64,000 nucleotides of DNA from a virus (IMGVR_UViG_2933096044_000001:1-64000); one strand, 5' to 3'; shown: positions 47,996 to 57,750, counted from the stretch's first letter. The notes: generated by a model from the letters alone, not told the origin. Translations and numbers: made by a program.

Positions 47996-49282
47996 TTAGA
48001 GAACGGGGACGGGTTCGAGCAGCCTCAACCAGGCCGCTTGGGTGGTGTGCAGGGAATACCGCAGGGCATCCACGCTGTGGTCGTCCACCTTGACCGGAAC
48101 GTCATCGCCGCGCTCGGCCTTGCGCTCGTCCCACGCGTAGCCGACCATCTCGTCGAGCAGGCCGCGGCAGCTCGCGTGCACGCGCAGGTGGTCGGCGGAG
48201 ATGAGGTTCGACACGGTCCGGATGCCGTCCAAGACCGCGTTGTCGGCCTGCATGGGCCGGTAGTGGTCCCGGTAGAGCTGCTGGATGAACGAGGCCGCGC
48301 TCGGGTCGACCACGAGCCACTCGGGCCTGACGCCGCGCGTCCCCGGCCCGTAGGTGTCCGGGATGCGGTCCAGCCAGTCGGTCAGCCGCGTGCTGTACTC
48401 CGAGTCCGTCAACTGCCGCCGCTCGGCGCGGGAGTCGTAGCGCATCTCGGATGCGACGTAGATGCGGCGCTGCCCCTCGCGATCAGGCACGCTGACGCCC
48501 AGCAGCACCGCGGCGAACGGATTCGTCGTGCCGTAGTCCACGCCGACCGACAGCCACTTCTCCATCAGCGGCAGCGAGGTCACAACATGCTTGTCCTCGT
48601 CGAACTGGTCGTAGATCGCGCCCTCAGCCATGACCCACAAGCCCTGAATGAAGCGCTTGTACCAGAGCCCGGAATACTCGCTCTTGAGGGCCTTGACGTA
48701 GGCCGGGTCAAGGCTGTGGTTGTCGTCCAAGGTGAAGTGCCACGACCTCAGATCGAGCTCGTGGGCCCGATCGAGGAAGTCCTTCTTCAGCCAGTGCGAC
48801 GGCGCGTCCGGGTTCGTGCTCCCGAACAACTTGGCGCCCGTTACCGACAAGCGGCTGAGCAACATGTCCCAGAACGCGCGGTCGATCAGCGTGATCTCGT
48901 CCACGTACGCGCCGACCGCCGTCATGCCGCGCAGGCGGTTCTCTGCTCGGGCATCGTTGGAGGTGACGATCTCGACAGTGCGGCCCAAAATCTTCGCGGT
49001 GGGCGCACCTCTGGTGTAGGTGATCCTCTTGGCGATCGGGCCGGTGATCGCGGGGTCCATGAGCGGCTCGAAGACGTTTCTGCCGACGGTGTCGCTCGTC
49101 TTGCCGACCACGACCAGAGAGCCACCCCTTGGCGCGTTCGCCACGAAGATCACCCAGCGGATCAGCGAGGCGATCGTCTTCCCGCTGCGGATCGCCCCCT
49201 GCCAGATGTTCAGACGTGCCGTTGACTCAGCGATGCTCTTCTCTTGCTTCGGCGACAGCTTGACCGCCAGGCCCAGGCTCAA
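47996..49282 (-). CDS. terL: terminase large subunit (PBSX/SPP1-like)
   Basis: GAIRSGKT, YVDEIT, STNPD, GVDYGT, VDPSAA, DHSVDALRY. Confidence 0.93.
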   Translation of the reverse strand: MSLGLAVKLSPKQEKSIAESTARLNIWQGAIRSGKTIASLIRWVIFVANAPRGGSLVVVGKTSDTVGRNVFEPLMDPAITGPIAKRITYTRGAPTAKILGRTVEIVTSNDARAENRLRGMTAVGAYVDEITLIDRAFWDMLLSRLSVTGAKLFGSTNPDAPSHWLKKDFLDRAHELDLRSWHFTLDDNHSLDPAYVKALKSEYSGLWYKRFIQGLWVMAEGAIYDQFDEDKHVVTSLPLMEKWLSVGVDYGTTNPFAAVLLGVSVPDREGQRRIYVASEMRYDSRAERRQLTDSEYSTRLTDWLDRIPDTYGPGTRGVRPEWLVVDPSAASFIQQLYRDHYRPMQADNAVLDGIRTVSNLISADHLRVHASCRGLLDEMVGYAWDERKAERGDDVPVKVDDHSVDALRYSLHTTQAAWLRLLEPVPVL

Positions 49283-49776
49283 GCTTCGCCCCCGGCGTCG
49301 TCGTATTCGATCGCGCCCTGGATGACCTCGGCTTCGAGAATTACGTCGGTGTCCGGGTCGGGCACGTTGTGGCGCTGCTGGAGCTGGAGCAGCATGTTGC
49401 CGAGCAGGCTGGCCATGTCGTTGTCGGCCGCGCCGTTCCTGTTGATGAGGTCCAGGCCCAGGAGACTGGCTCGCTTGTTCACGATCTTCAGGGCGGCCTC
49501 GACGGCGTTGACCTCGCCCTTGAGCACTCGCGGCCAGACGGACGCCATCATGCGGTCCAGCCGGTTGATCTCCAGGTGCAGCAGTTCCTCGGCCGCCATC
49601 GCCTCCTGCTTGGCCGCCTTCTTCAGCGCGGTCGTAATGTCCTTGGAGACGAGCTGCGGCGAGGAGTAGCCGAGCCGCTGCGCGATAACCGCGTTGCTGA
49701 CTCCAGCGATACGCATCTGCAACGCCTGGTAGCGCCGCTCGTGCCGCGCAAGCTTGACCTGGGCGTCTTCGGCCAT
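49279..49776 (-). CDS. terS: terminase small subunit
   Basis: N-terminal HTH IAQRLGYS; RASLLGLD; directly upstream of terL. Confidence 0.8.
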   Translation of the reverse strand: MAEDAQVKLARHERRYQALQMRIAGVSNAVIAQRLGYSSPQLVSKDITTALKKAAKQEAMAAEELLHLEINRLDRMMASVWPRVLKGEVNAVEAALKIVNKRASLLGLDLINRNGAADNDMASLLGNMLLQLQQRHNVPDPDTDVILEAEVIQGAIEYDDAGGEA

Positions 49777-49793
49777 TAGGGGTCAGCTCCTTT

Positions 49794-49813
49794 CGCTTGC
49801 GCTACCGCTGGCG
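49794..49813. promoter_or_regulatory. palindromic element copy 5 (cgcttgcg-ctac-cgctggcg)
   Basis: Overlaps the ParB-like stop, adjacent to the terS RBS. Confidence 0.7.
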
Positions 49814-50557
49814 TTGCGCGTGACTTCGCAGTGCCGCCATCACCACCTCCGCAAGCGACGCATCACCGTCTCGGCTGCGGATGCCCGCGACCAAGCCGGT
49901 CACCTCGTCGTGCTGAGCGGCGGTCAGCGGCACGATCAGCTCGACCATCGCGCCCGCCTTCGGGCGCGGCGGCGGCGCAGCCGAGTTGGCCGGCTCGTCG
50001 TGCGCGTCTTGGTCGTGCCTGTCCGTGGGTTCGTCGTCCTCGATGTCGGACGGGTCGTCCTCGTCGTCGGGGTCGTCTTCGAGAGACGCGGGTGCGGAAG
50101 GTGCCGGTGTCGGCGTTGGCCTGCTGGTGGCGAGTTCGTCGTGCACGATCTCGATGTCGCCGAGGTCGTCGAGCAGGTCGGAGAGGTCTTCGTCTCGCCA
50201 ACCGGTGCCGTCCAGGTCCGGAAGCGACTGCAGCAGCTCTGCGAGCTTGGCGTCGTCGTACTGGCCGTACTCGGCGAGCCGGTTGTCCGCGAGCATGATC
50301 CGTTGAGCGGTCTCGTCGTCCACGTCGATGATGACCGTGGGCACGTGCTTCAGTCCGGCCTTGGCCGCTCCGCGCCAGCGGTGCTCACCTGCGACGATCC
50401 GCATCCGGGACTTCTGCGCGACGACGGACCCGTAGAAGCCGAACTGCTTGATCGACCCTGCGATGCGGTTCACATCGCCCTGGTGTGGGTTGTCCGGGTG
50501 CGGCTCCAGGTCGCTGACCGCGACCATCCGGTACTCCTGCGGCGCGATCTTCGCCAT
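49802..50557 (-). CDS. ParB/Srx N-terminal domain protein
   Basis: LEPHPDNP, IVAGEHRWR, MLADNRLAE. Confidence 0.85.
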   Translation of the reverse strand: MAKIAPQEYRMVAVSDLEPHPDNPHQGDVNRIAGSIKQFGFYGSVVAQKSRMRIVAGEHRWRGAAKAGLKHVPTVIIDVDDETAQRIMLADNRLAEYGQYDDAKLAELLQSLPDLDGTGWRDEDLSDLLDDLGDIEIVHDELATSRPTPTPAPSAPASLEDDPDDEDDPSDIEDDEPTDRHDQDAHDEPANSAAPPPRPKAGAMVELIVPLTAAQHDEVTGLVAGIRSRDGDASLAEVVMAALRSHAQRQR

Positions 50558-50632
50558 CAGCCCTCCCCTGACGCCCTCGGGAGGGCCAAGTAGTCGACTA
50601 TCCTGACCTGCGACTTTTCGTGTTTCCGCAGG

Positions 50633-50875
50633 TCAGTTTCCGAAGTGGTCGTCATCAGCCGCCAGCGTCTCCAGCACGGCCGACTCGGGCGTCTCGACGA
50701 TCTCGACTGTCTCCCCGGTCATCCACAGCGCGCGGGCGCCCGCCCTCTCGGCGAACGCCATGAGCGTCTGCTGGGACTCCGGGTCGCCATCGAACTGATC
50801 CGCGATCAGCGCGAACGGCTCCTCGTGGATGCCGGCCAGCTCGACCAAGGGGAGCCGCAGGACCTGGATACGCAC
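50633..50875 (-). CDS. hypothetical protein
   Basis: Coupled small ORF. Confidence 0.6.
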   Translation of the reverse strand: MRIQVLRLPLVELAGIHEEPFALIADQFDGDPESQQTLMAFAERAGARALWMTGETVEIVETPESAVLETLAADDDHFGN

Positions 50876-51177
50876 TACTCAGCCGCCGAGACGAGCGGCG
50901 CGTATCTGCGCGCGAAGATCGACTTCGGGACGGGCCAGAACTCGCCCGCCCCGTCGTGCAGGACGTAGTCGCCGAGGCCAGCGCGCTGCATGCCCTCAGG
51001 CGTCTGAATGTCCACGTACTCACCGGCGCGGCCCCGGATCGCGGTCTGCCCGACAATGCCCCGCAGGTTCGAGTATTGGTTGATCCAAGACACGACGTCC
51101 TCGACCTGGCCGCCGACGACCTCCACGGCCTCGACCAGCTCGGGCGCGTGCTCGCACTCCTTGATCTCCAAGGTCAT
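50875..51177 (-). CDS. conserved phage protein (TPEG...GDY...GEFWP motif)
   Basis: IQTPEGMQRAGLGDYVL..GEFWPVPKSIF. Confidence 0.7.
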   Translation of the reverse strand: MTLEIKECEHAPELVEAVEVVGGQVEDVVSWINQYSNLRGIVGQTAIRGRAGEYVDIQTPEGMQRAGLGDYVLHDGAGEFWPVPKSIFARRYAPLVSAAE

Positions 51178-51225
51178 CTTCTCCTTCGGCGCGCAGCGCT
51201 TATTTTGAGTAGGTAAGTTAAGGGT

Positions 51226-51588
51226 ATGGCAGGTCTACAACGCATCACCCAGCCCACACTGGACGTGCTGGAAGTGCTGCTGCGCGCCCACAAGGAGGGC
51301 GAAAAGATCTACGGCTGGGCGATCATGAAAGAGACGAAACGCTCCGGCCCAACCGTCTACAACGCCCTCGACCGCCTCGAAGATGCAGGCTGGATCACCG
51401 GCGAGTGGGAAGACCTCGAACCTGACGCCAACCGCCCTCGGCGCCGCTTCTACCAACTCACCGGCGAAGGAGCTCCCGCAGCCCATGCGCTCCTCGCGAA
51501 GCGCCGCCCCGACGCCATGAAGACGCGGCCGAAATTCGGCTTCGCCCCGCTCTCAACGGTCCGTGCGTTGCTGAGTGGTGGCCAATGA
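51226..51588 (+). CDS. PadR-family regulator
   Basis: YGWAIMK, SGPTVYNALDRLEDAGWI, RRRFYQLT. Confidence 0.85.
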   Translation: MAGLQRITQPTLDVLEVLLRAHKEGEKIYGWAIMKETKRSGPTVYNALDRLEDAGWITGEWEDLEPDANRPRRRFYQLTGEGAPAAHALLAKRRPDAMKTRPKFGFAPLSTVRALLSGGQ

Positions 51589-52106
51589 CCACAGAGATAG
51601 CGATGCTCATCGTCGGCGTATTACTGGCCGAGGGAACGGAAATCGCTCCCTGGCTCGCAAAGCGACTCGTACGCTGGTCAGCTCACATCCGCTACCTCGA
51701 CCGAAGAAGAGCAGAAGTGCGCGCCGAAGAGTGGGAAGCAGTCATCGAGCACCGGCCTGGGAAACTGTTCAAGCTTGCCACGGCTCTGCTGTTCACATTG
51801 CAAGCCGGAGCAACGTGGACTTCCCGTCTGCTGGTCCGGCTGCGGGTGTACGTGCAGGCCAAACGGAACCACAGCCGCCGATCCGCTCCTCCGCCCGAGG
51901 CCATCCTCACGAAAATTATCAAGGAGAAACAAAGCTTCTTGGAAGACCAACAGAGATCGACAGTGGTCTTGAACGATCGAGCGCTTACCCCTGTTGTAAA
52001 TAGAGGGGTAACCGTCCTAATTGATTATGGGAATACCGTTACAGCTCACGTACCCGGATGTTCATGTCAGACAGACCGAAGCGACGCCGACAATGAGGCC
52101 CGCTGA
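51585..52106 (+). CDS. PadR-coupled membrane-associated protein
   Basis: ATGA coupling; N-terminal hydrophobic segment. Confidence 0.6.
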   Translation: MTTEIAMLIVGVLLAEGTEIAPWLAKRLVRWSAHIRYLDRRRAEVRAEEWEAVIEHRPGKLFKLATALLFTLQAGATWTSRLLVRLRVYVQAKRNHSRRSAPPPEAILTKIIKEKQSFLEDQQRSTVVLNDRALTPVVNRGVTVLIDYGNTVTAHVPGCSCQTDRSDADNEAR

Positions 52107-52117
52107 ATAGGAATGGC

Positions 52118-52903
52118 CTAGCGGTTCACCCACACGGACTCAACAGCGTACCGCCGCTCATCCGAGCTGGATGCGCGCACGCGGTAGTCGATGCGTCGCC
52201 AGTCGAAGAGTAGCTCGTCGTACAGCTCCGACCGGTAGCCGGACAGCACGATCGCGGACTTGCAGGCGGCGAGCACCTCCAGGAGGCGGCGGTGTTCGGG
52301 CTCGCGGTCCATCTCCTTGACGTAGTGGCCGCTGCCGAACACGTTTCTTGTGCTGCGCAGGTACGGCGGGTCCACGTACATGGCTGTCTGCGGCGAATCC
52401 ATACGGGCGATCAGCTCGAACGCGTCCACCTGCTCAATGAACGCCTCCCGCAGCCGGGCCGCGTGCCAGCGCAGCGCCGCGGCGGCCCGCTTGGAGCCGG
52501 CCGGGTTGTTGACCCTCGTTCTCGAGGTCGGTCTCCGCCAAGAGGCGCCCGCCTCGCCACTTCGGGACTGAGTGCATTGGATCCACCAGCGGCGGGCACG
52601 TTCGAGGTCAGTCTCTGCGGTGTCGCCCAGCTTGGCGGCCTGGTGCTCGGCGCGGGCGTACGGCGTGAGCTCGATCGCGCGGATCAGGGCGCGGGGACGG
52701 TCGCGGAGGGTTTGCATGAAGCACACGAGGTCGCCGTTGATGTCGTTGATCGTCTCGATGGGGACGGGGTCCTTGGCGAAGAAGACGGCGGCCGACCCTG
52801 CGAAGGGTTCGACGTACACCTCGTGCTTGGGGAGCAGGCTGGCCAGGAAGGGGCCCAGCCTGCCCTTGGCGCCGTAGTACTGGAAAGGGGGACGCAACGC
52901 CAT
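52118..52903 (-). CDS. Dam-like (D12 class) N6-adenine DNA methyltransferase
   Basis: YYGAKG, YVEPFAGS, INDIN, YVDPPY. Confidence 0.92.
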   Translation of the reverse strand: MALRPPFQYYGAKGRLGPFLASLLPKHEVYVEPFAGSAAVFFAKDPVPIETINDINGDLVCFMQTLRDRPRALIRAIELTPYARAEHQAAKLGDTAETDLERARRWWIQCTQSRSGEAGASWRRPTSRTRVNNPAGSKRAAAALRWHAARLREAFIEQVDAFELIARMDSPQTAMYVDPPYLRSTRNVFGSGHYVKEMDREPEHRRLLEVLAACKSAIVLSGYRSELYDELLFDWRRIDYRVRASSSDERRYAVESVWVNR

Positions 52904-52940
52904 CGAGCCCTCCTTGCTGCACTGGATCGATTTCCGTAGC

Positions 52941-54260
52941 CTATTCATCCCTATCCCTAGCGCTCTCAACCGCGCCCAGGATGGGCGGACCCTGTGCGTC
53001 TTGCGACTCTTTTGGCAATATCACAATCGCGGGCGTGGGCATCGAAACGCCCCAGGGCGGAACGTCCCAGGACGATACATTTTCAAAGTTAAGTTGTCCG
53101 CCATTAAACATGACCCTAGTAAATGACATCACAGTACCGGCGAAGCTGGCTTTAAAGAAGTTGACTACAGCTCCATCAAAGACTGTCCTGAGAAAGGTAA
53201 TTGTCCCACCGAGGAACTTTGCGTTCCGAAAGGAGACTTCGCCACTGGCGAAAGTGGCCCCACCAAAGGAAACCTGGGCACCAGAGAAGATCGCATCAGT
53301 GAAGAAGAACTTCTTCGCAGCGAAGGTTCCATAATCAAAGAAGACTCGACCACTTACGAAATCCGCGCCGCTGAACATCACCCTCTGACTGATGAAGGTC
53401 GCACCACTGAAAGAGATTGTCGCGCCGGAGAACACCGCTCGCATGAAGTGTGTAGTTTCACCAGCGAAAGTCGCCTTATCGAAGGAGACATGACCACCCG
53501 AAAAGATCGATCGGCTGAAATTCGCGGCATCAAAGACGACGCCGGTGAAATCCAGGTCGTGTCCCTGCCAGGAAATTGAGGCGCCCTCAAGCAGATGTGC
53601 GGCGATGAGTCGGACAATGGTAAGGCGGACTTCGCGCAGTCCAGCAAAGGCCAGTTGGTCAGGTTCGGAAGCATCCTTCCCAGGATCGGGGGCGTACGGC
53701 ATGCGAAGGTATGCACACAGCACGTCGATGCAGGTCTGGCGCAGCTCACGAGTGGGAGCATCATCGGCCAGGCCCGCTAGGGCATGCACGCCGGCCAGAC
53801 GGACCGCAGGCGAGTCGTGACCGAGTTGCCCAGCCGCCGTGGCAAAGCGCTCGTTGTGCAACTTCGTGGTTTCCCGTTGCTCGGCCCGATGCGCACGATC
53901 CTCGCCCTGCCTGTCCAAGTCATGCGCGGCCTCGGCCAGCTGCTGGGCCGCCTCGCCTACTTTCTGCCGCCGATATGCCACCACGAGCGCTACCAGACCG
54001 CCCAGACCAGCCACCGCGGCGAACGCGATCTTGAGCAGGTCAAACAGTGTCGTGGCGCTCACCTGGGCTTCCGGCTTCAACCCCTGCACGCCGAGCAAAG
54101 CGAGCCCGCCGACGATGAGCACCGTCAGCAACGCCACCGCGGCCCCGGACACCAACGCGAGCGCTCGCCCAATCCTCATCAAGCGTAGGCCCGGCAGCGC
54201 CTCCGGTTCCTGTCGCTTGCTTGCTTGCTGGTTCTGGTCTGGCTTCTCTACTTCCCCCAT
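52941..54260 (-). CDS. membrane-anchored pentapeptide-repeat protein (copy 2)
   Basis: 2 TM segments, RFATAAGQLG..AVRLAGVHALAGLA, VLCAYLRMP, (FSGATF)n; AT-richer 3' half. Confidence 0.85.
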   Translation of the reverse strand: MGEVEKPDQNQQASKRQEPEALPGLRLMRIGRALALVSGAAVALLTVLIVGGLALLGVQGLKPEAQVSATTLFDLLKIAFAAVAGLGGLVALVVAYRRQKVGEAAQQLAEAAHDLDRQGEDRAHRAEQRETTKLHNERFATAAGQLGHDSPAVRLAGVHALAGLADDAPTRELRQTCIDVLCAYLRMPYAPDPGKDASEPDQLAFAGLREVRLTIVRLIAAHLLEGASISWQGHDLDFTGVVFDAANFSRSIFSGGHVSFDKATFAGETTHFMRAVFSGATISFSGATFISQRVMFSGADFVSGRVFFDYGTFAAKKFFFTDAIFSGAQVSFGGATFASGEVSFRNAKFLGGTITFLRTVFDGAVVNFFKASFAGTVMSFTRVMFNGGQLNFENVSSWDVPPWGVSMPTPAIVILPKESQDAQGPPILGAVESARDRDE

Positions 54261-54381
54261 GTAGTGGCATCAGCGCAGATCGCGCTGTTGTTACGTCGCC
54301 GCCTGTCACACGGGTGGATGTGCTTCTGCCTTCATAGGCGAAACGCCAGACGCGCACCCACAGTGCCGCAATACTCACCGT

Positions 54382-54771
54382 ATGAACACCCCATGCGACG
54401 GCATCGCCACCAACGAACCAGCGATCGGATCGCCAGAGCTCGAACGACTTCTGAAGGCGAACCATGAACTTTGGAAGAACGCCAGGATATGCGCGAGGCT
54501 TGCGGCCAAAGCCAACCCTGCCGGACTACCTGTCAGCGACGGCTACATCGATGCGCTCGACCAGTTCAACACCGCACTCGCGGACCGTGGGGTCCACATT
54601 GTTCGCGAAGCGTCGCGCCGCTACATCAGCACGTTCGACCTCCTCAGCGGGCGCATCCCTGCTGATGCGGCCGGAGGCGCGCTCCTCGATGCCGTCGTTA
54701 CCCTCGGCCTCGCGCTGAAGTCCGTGGACAACGCACGCACCAAGGTTCCCCCCGGTGAGCGCATGCTCTGA
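54382..54771 (+). CDS. hypothetical protein
   Basis: 129 aa ORF followed by a hairpin at 54808-54836. Confidence 0.55.
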   Translation: MNTPCDGIATNEPAIGSPELERLLKANHELWKNARICARLAAKANPAGLPVSDGYIDALDQFNTALADRGVHIVREASRRYISTFDLLSGRIPADAAGGALLDAVVTLGLALKSVDNARTKVPPGERML

Positions 54772-54842
54772 CGACATCCGAGTGGTACGGCCTGAGCGGG
54801 GGAGAGATCGGTGACCAGTTCGCGACAGGTCACCGACTTTCG

Positions 54843-55817
54843 TCATTCCAGCGCCGACGCCACCAACTGTGACGGGTCGCGCTCCAGTTGGCGTCCGGAG
54901 TGCACGTAACCCATGGTGGTGTCCATGGATTCGTGATCAAGTGCTTCCTTGATCTCGAATGGGTCCGCGCCCAGTTCCGCAGCCAGCGACGCCCACGTGT
55001 GCCGCAGCACATGTGCGGTGACCTTCGCGAGGATGCCGGCCTGACGGCCGATGCGCGTCACCAGGGCCGACGCTGACGACCGGTAGAAGCGGCCTCCCGT
55101 GTCGGTCACGAAGATCCGCCCGCTGAGCTGTGACATCTCGACGCCGGCGCGGCGCGCCCGGTCCTCCAGATACCGGTCGAGCGCGTATCCGGTCTCCACT
55201 GGGAGGCGGCGCTTCTTCGGCTTGGTGCCCTTGCCGACGATCCGCAGCGTCCGCAGCCCGCGCTCATGCCCGAGCGCGCTCAAGTCGGCGGAGATCGCTT
55301 CTTCGATCCGGATCCCGGTGTGCAGCAGGACTCGGATGAATGCCGAGGTGCGCAGCCGGGCCGGCCCGTGGTCGCTGTCGGCCGCCGCCACCAGGGCGCG
55401 GGCCTCGTCCCGCGTGAGCGCGGTCGTCTCGGAGTACCCTCGTGACACCTTCGGCCTACGGGTCCGCTTGAAGCGGTTGGCGTCGATGATCTCCTCGTCG
55501 GCGAGGTACTCGTACCAGGACGACACAGCCGAGATGCGGCGCTGCATGGTCTTCGGCGGGACCGGCTTTCCAGCCTGGAGTTCGAGCCACCGCTTGTAGA
55601 CGTCGCCGTGGGACTTACGCGCCTTCAGCGGGTCGAGGCCGGTCTCGCCGCAGAACGCGAACCACCGCTCGATCTCCAGCCGGTAGGCGTCGCGGGTGTT
55701 CTTCGAGTCGAAAGACAGCAGCCACGCCATCGTCGCGTCCTGGGCGAAGCCCAGCAGAGTCGACGGGAAGGCGATCCTCCCGGCTCCGCTCGGCTCGCGA
55801 ATCAACTCAGCGGTCAT
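54843..55817 (-). CDS. XerC/D-like tyrosine recombinase
   Basis: HTGIRIEE, VGKG, HVLRHT, LDHES..TTMGY. Confidence 0.9.
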   Translation of the reverse strand: MTAELIREPSGAGRIAFPSTLLGFAQDATMAWLLSFDSKNTRDAYRLEIERWFAFCGETGLDPLKARKSHGDVYKRWLELQAGKPVPPKTMQRRISAVSSWYEYLADEEIIDANRFKRTRRPKVSRGYSETTALTRDEARALVAAADSDHGPARLRTSAFIRVLLHTGIRIEEAISADLSALGHERGLRTLRIVGKGTKPKKRRLPVETGYALDRYLEDRARRAGVEMSQLSGRIFVTDTGGRFYRSSASALVTRIGRQAGILAKVTAHVLRHTWASLAAELGADPFEIKEALDHESMDTTMGYVHSGRQLERDPSQLVASALE

Positions 55818-56041
55818 GAGCCGACCGTGGGGTCAGTGAGAGTCAGCTCTAGCATCGCCCCATCTGGCGCGTGTATCTGATAGCGGACCTCGCCGCGGTG
55901 AACCAGGTGCGCCAGCACGATGTGGAAGTCAGCTTCAGGGCCGGAGAAGAGTTCGGCGAGCTTGGCGGCTAGGGCTGCGAGATGAGGCGGAGGCGCTGAG
56001 GCGGGGCGACTGTCGCCGTGAGGGATGTGGTCTTCGCTCAT
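55814..56041 (-). CDS. small protein coupled to the recombinase
   Basis: ATGA overlap with the recombinase start. Confidence 0.5.
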   Translation of the reverse strand: MSEDHIPHGDSRPASAPPPHLAALAAKLAELFSGPEADFHIVLAHLVHRGEVRYQIHAPDGAMLELTLTDPTVGS

Positions 56042-56091
56042 GGCCGTCCGTTTCGAGAGGGGATGTGCTCTCGACCCTACCGGAAACGATC

Positions 56092-56119
56092 TATGGACAT
56101 AACATGGATTATGACCACT
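56092..56119. other. dif-like 11-6-11 recombination site
   Basis: TATGGACATAA-CATGGA-TTATGACCACT: inverted arms with the CATAA/TTATG core, upstream of the recombinase operon. Confidence 0.65.
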
Positions 56120-56290
56120 TCTCAACGATCATGGCGTGCGACGGAACAAGATGGTCGCTGCTGCGGGATTTGATGCCCGAACCTCGCCACCCGCTCAAGA
56201 GCGCGCGAGACAATGACACGGGCATCCTTGCCGGCCCTGAGTAGAACGTCGGGGACGATCGACTAGGGCTCACTGCGTCAGGAGACAAGC

Positions 56291-56836
56291 ATGCAGGCGT
56301 TCGATCGAGCCATGGCGGTCTTCGATCGCCGCAGCGTCGCAATCATCATGCTGATCGGAGTCATTGCCGCAGGCACCTTGGCGATGGGTGTTGCGATCTT
56401 CACCTGGCGACCTCCCCTATGGCTGTTCGACGGCTTCTTCGCCGCCTACGCAGTGAGTCTCGGGAGTGCACTCTGGCTCTCCTGGCGGCGAGGAACAAGA
56501 CGTATCGCTCAGGCGGCAGAGGACCCCGGCGAGGTCCTTCGCGAACGGATCTCGCACGTCAACGCTGCGTTCGCCGCGGCGGCCGTGCTGATGGATGACC
56601 TCCGTCGCGATCTCGAAGCCCAGCAGGCCGCGCGTGAAGCGCTCGTCTCCCACGCCGAGGAGCAGCAGCGACTCTTGGAGGTGAACGAGGATCAGGCCGA
56701 GAGGATTCGGCAGATTCTTGTCGGCGAGACGAAGGCAACCATCCGCGCGGAGCGGCGGCAGCAGTGGATGTTCTTCGCGCTGGGCGTGGTCGTGTCGATC
56801 CCGATCGGCGTCATGATCAACTTGCTTGTGCCGTGA
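56291..56836 (+). CDS. 3-TM coiled-coil membrane protein (moron)
   Basis: AGGAG RBS; 2 N-terminal TM segments, coiled coil, C-terminal TM. Confidence 0.7.
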   Translation: MQAFDRAMAVFDRRSVAIIMLIGVIAAGTLAMGVAIFTWRPPLWLFDGFFAAYAVSLGSALWLSWRRGTRRIAQAAEDPGEVLRERISHVNAAFAAAAVLMDDLRRDLEAQQAAREALVSHAEEQQRLLEVNEDQAERIRQILVGETKATIRAERRQQWMFFALGVVVSIPIGVMINLLVP

Positions 56837-57296
56837 TCACGAGACCTGATGCGGCAAGCCGACCTTCCGAATCTTGGGGGGTGTACCCCCTCGGCGCGCT
56901 GCGAGGTGCGGCATGTGTCTGCCGAGTGACAAGTCCGTCGACAGCGTGGGACCGAGAGACCGCCATGATGCAGACTGAGAGATGAGGCAGCGGCGGCGTA
57001 AGGCTCCGGCCCTCCTCATTCAGGAGTGAAACCAGATACCGACCCGCGACACACCGGATCACCCCATAGAGTTTCCGTCCCCGCTAGGACAGAGCGACCC
57101 GCAGTACGGAGCCAGGACCGTAGGAAGCTTGGGATGAAGCCCGGCGAGGTGCTACGCGATGTCTGGCCTCCTGAACACCATCTCCACCGTGCTCCCTGAG
57201 TTGCGCGCCATTGCAGAGGAATTGTTCCTGCTGACAGCCCAGGTCGTCGGCTACTACGTGATCCTGCGATACCTCTGGACTCACCGGAAGTAGCTC

Positions 57297-57323
57297 GGGG
57301 CCCGCCGCTGAGCGGCGGGCCCC
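57297..57323 (-). terminator. hairpin after the small-gene operon
   Basis: ggggcccgccgct-g-agcggcgggcccc. Confidence 0.55.
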
Positions 57324-57514
57324 TACATTGAGTGCCCCCGCTCGGGGAACATCTCGCCCCAGTTGAAGGACGCGCCGGTCGCGAGGGCCAGGTGCAGCCG
57401 CATGTATGCGTCGGCGACGATCACGCATGACTGGACGTACGCGTTGTCGAGGAGGTTCTTGGCGGCGTCGTCGAGGAGGTCGGCCGCCTTGGCCGCGGCC
57501 TGGTCGGGGGTCAC
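57323..57514 (-). CDS. hypothetical protein
   Basis: GTGA-coupled, 63 aa. Confidence 0.55.
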   Translation of the reverse strand: MTPDQAAAKAADLLDDAAKNLLDNAYVQSCVIVADAYMRLHLALATGASFNWGEMFPERGHSM

Positions 57515-57750
57515 GCGTCCGCTCCGGCCGTCTCGGTCGTCTCGGTCTTCTGCGAGGCGCGGGTGTCGCCGCCGCGGTGGCGCAGCTCGGCGCCGGCTTC
57601 TTCGAGGAGACGGTGCACGAATCCGTAGCTGCGGCCGATGTTGAGGGCGATGAGACGGATCGACTCGCCGCCGGCGTACTGCTTGGCGAGCGCGTCGGCG
57701 AGCTGGGCGCGCTCGGCGCCGACGATGCGCTTATTCTTCGGAAGTTTCAC
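57511..57750 (-). CDS. actinobacterial small HTH protein (HTH_58-like)
   Basis: YAGGESIRLIALNIGRSYGFVHRLLEEAG..LRHRGG. Confidence 0.75.
   Translation of the reverse strand: MKLPKNKRIVGAERAQLADALAKQYAGGESIRLIALNIGRSYGFVHRLLEEAGAELRHRGGDTRASQKTETTETAGADA

Noticed and set aside
47396-49225. 609-aa plus-strand ORF
   Set aside because: Shadow of terL.
52118-52903. Restriction-modification system
   Set aside because: No adjacent endonuclease recognisable; orphan phage methyltransferases are common.
56837-57296. Short ORFs or ncRNA in this intergenic stretch
   Set aside because: No RBS-supported protein-like ORF or recognisable RNA structure by eye.
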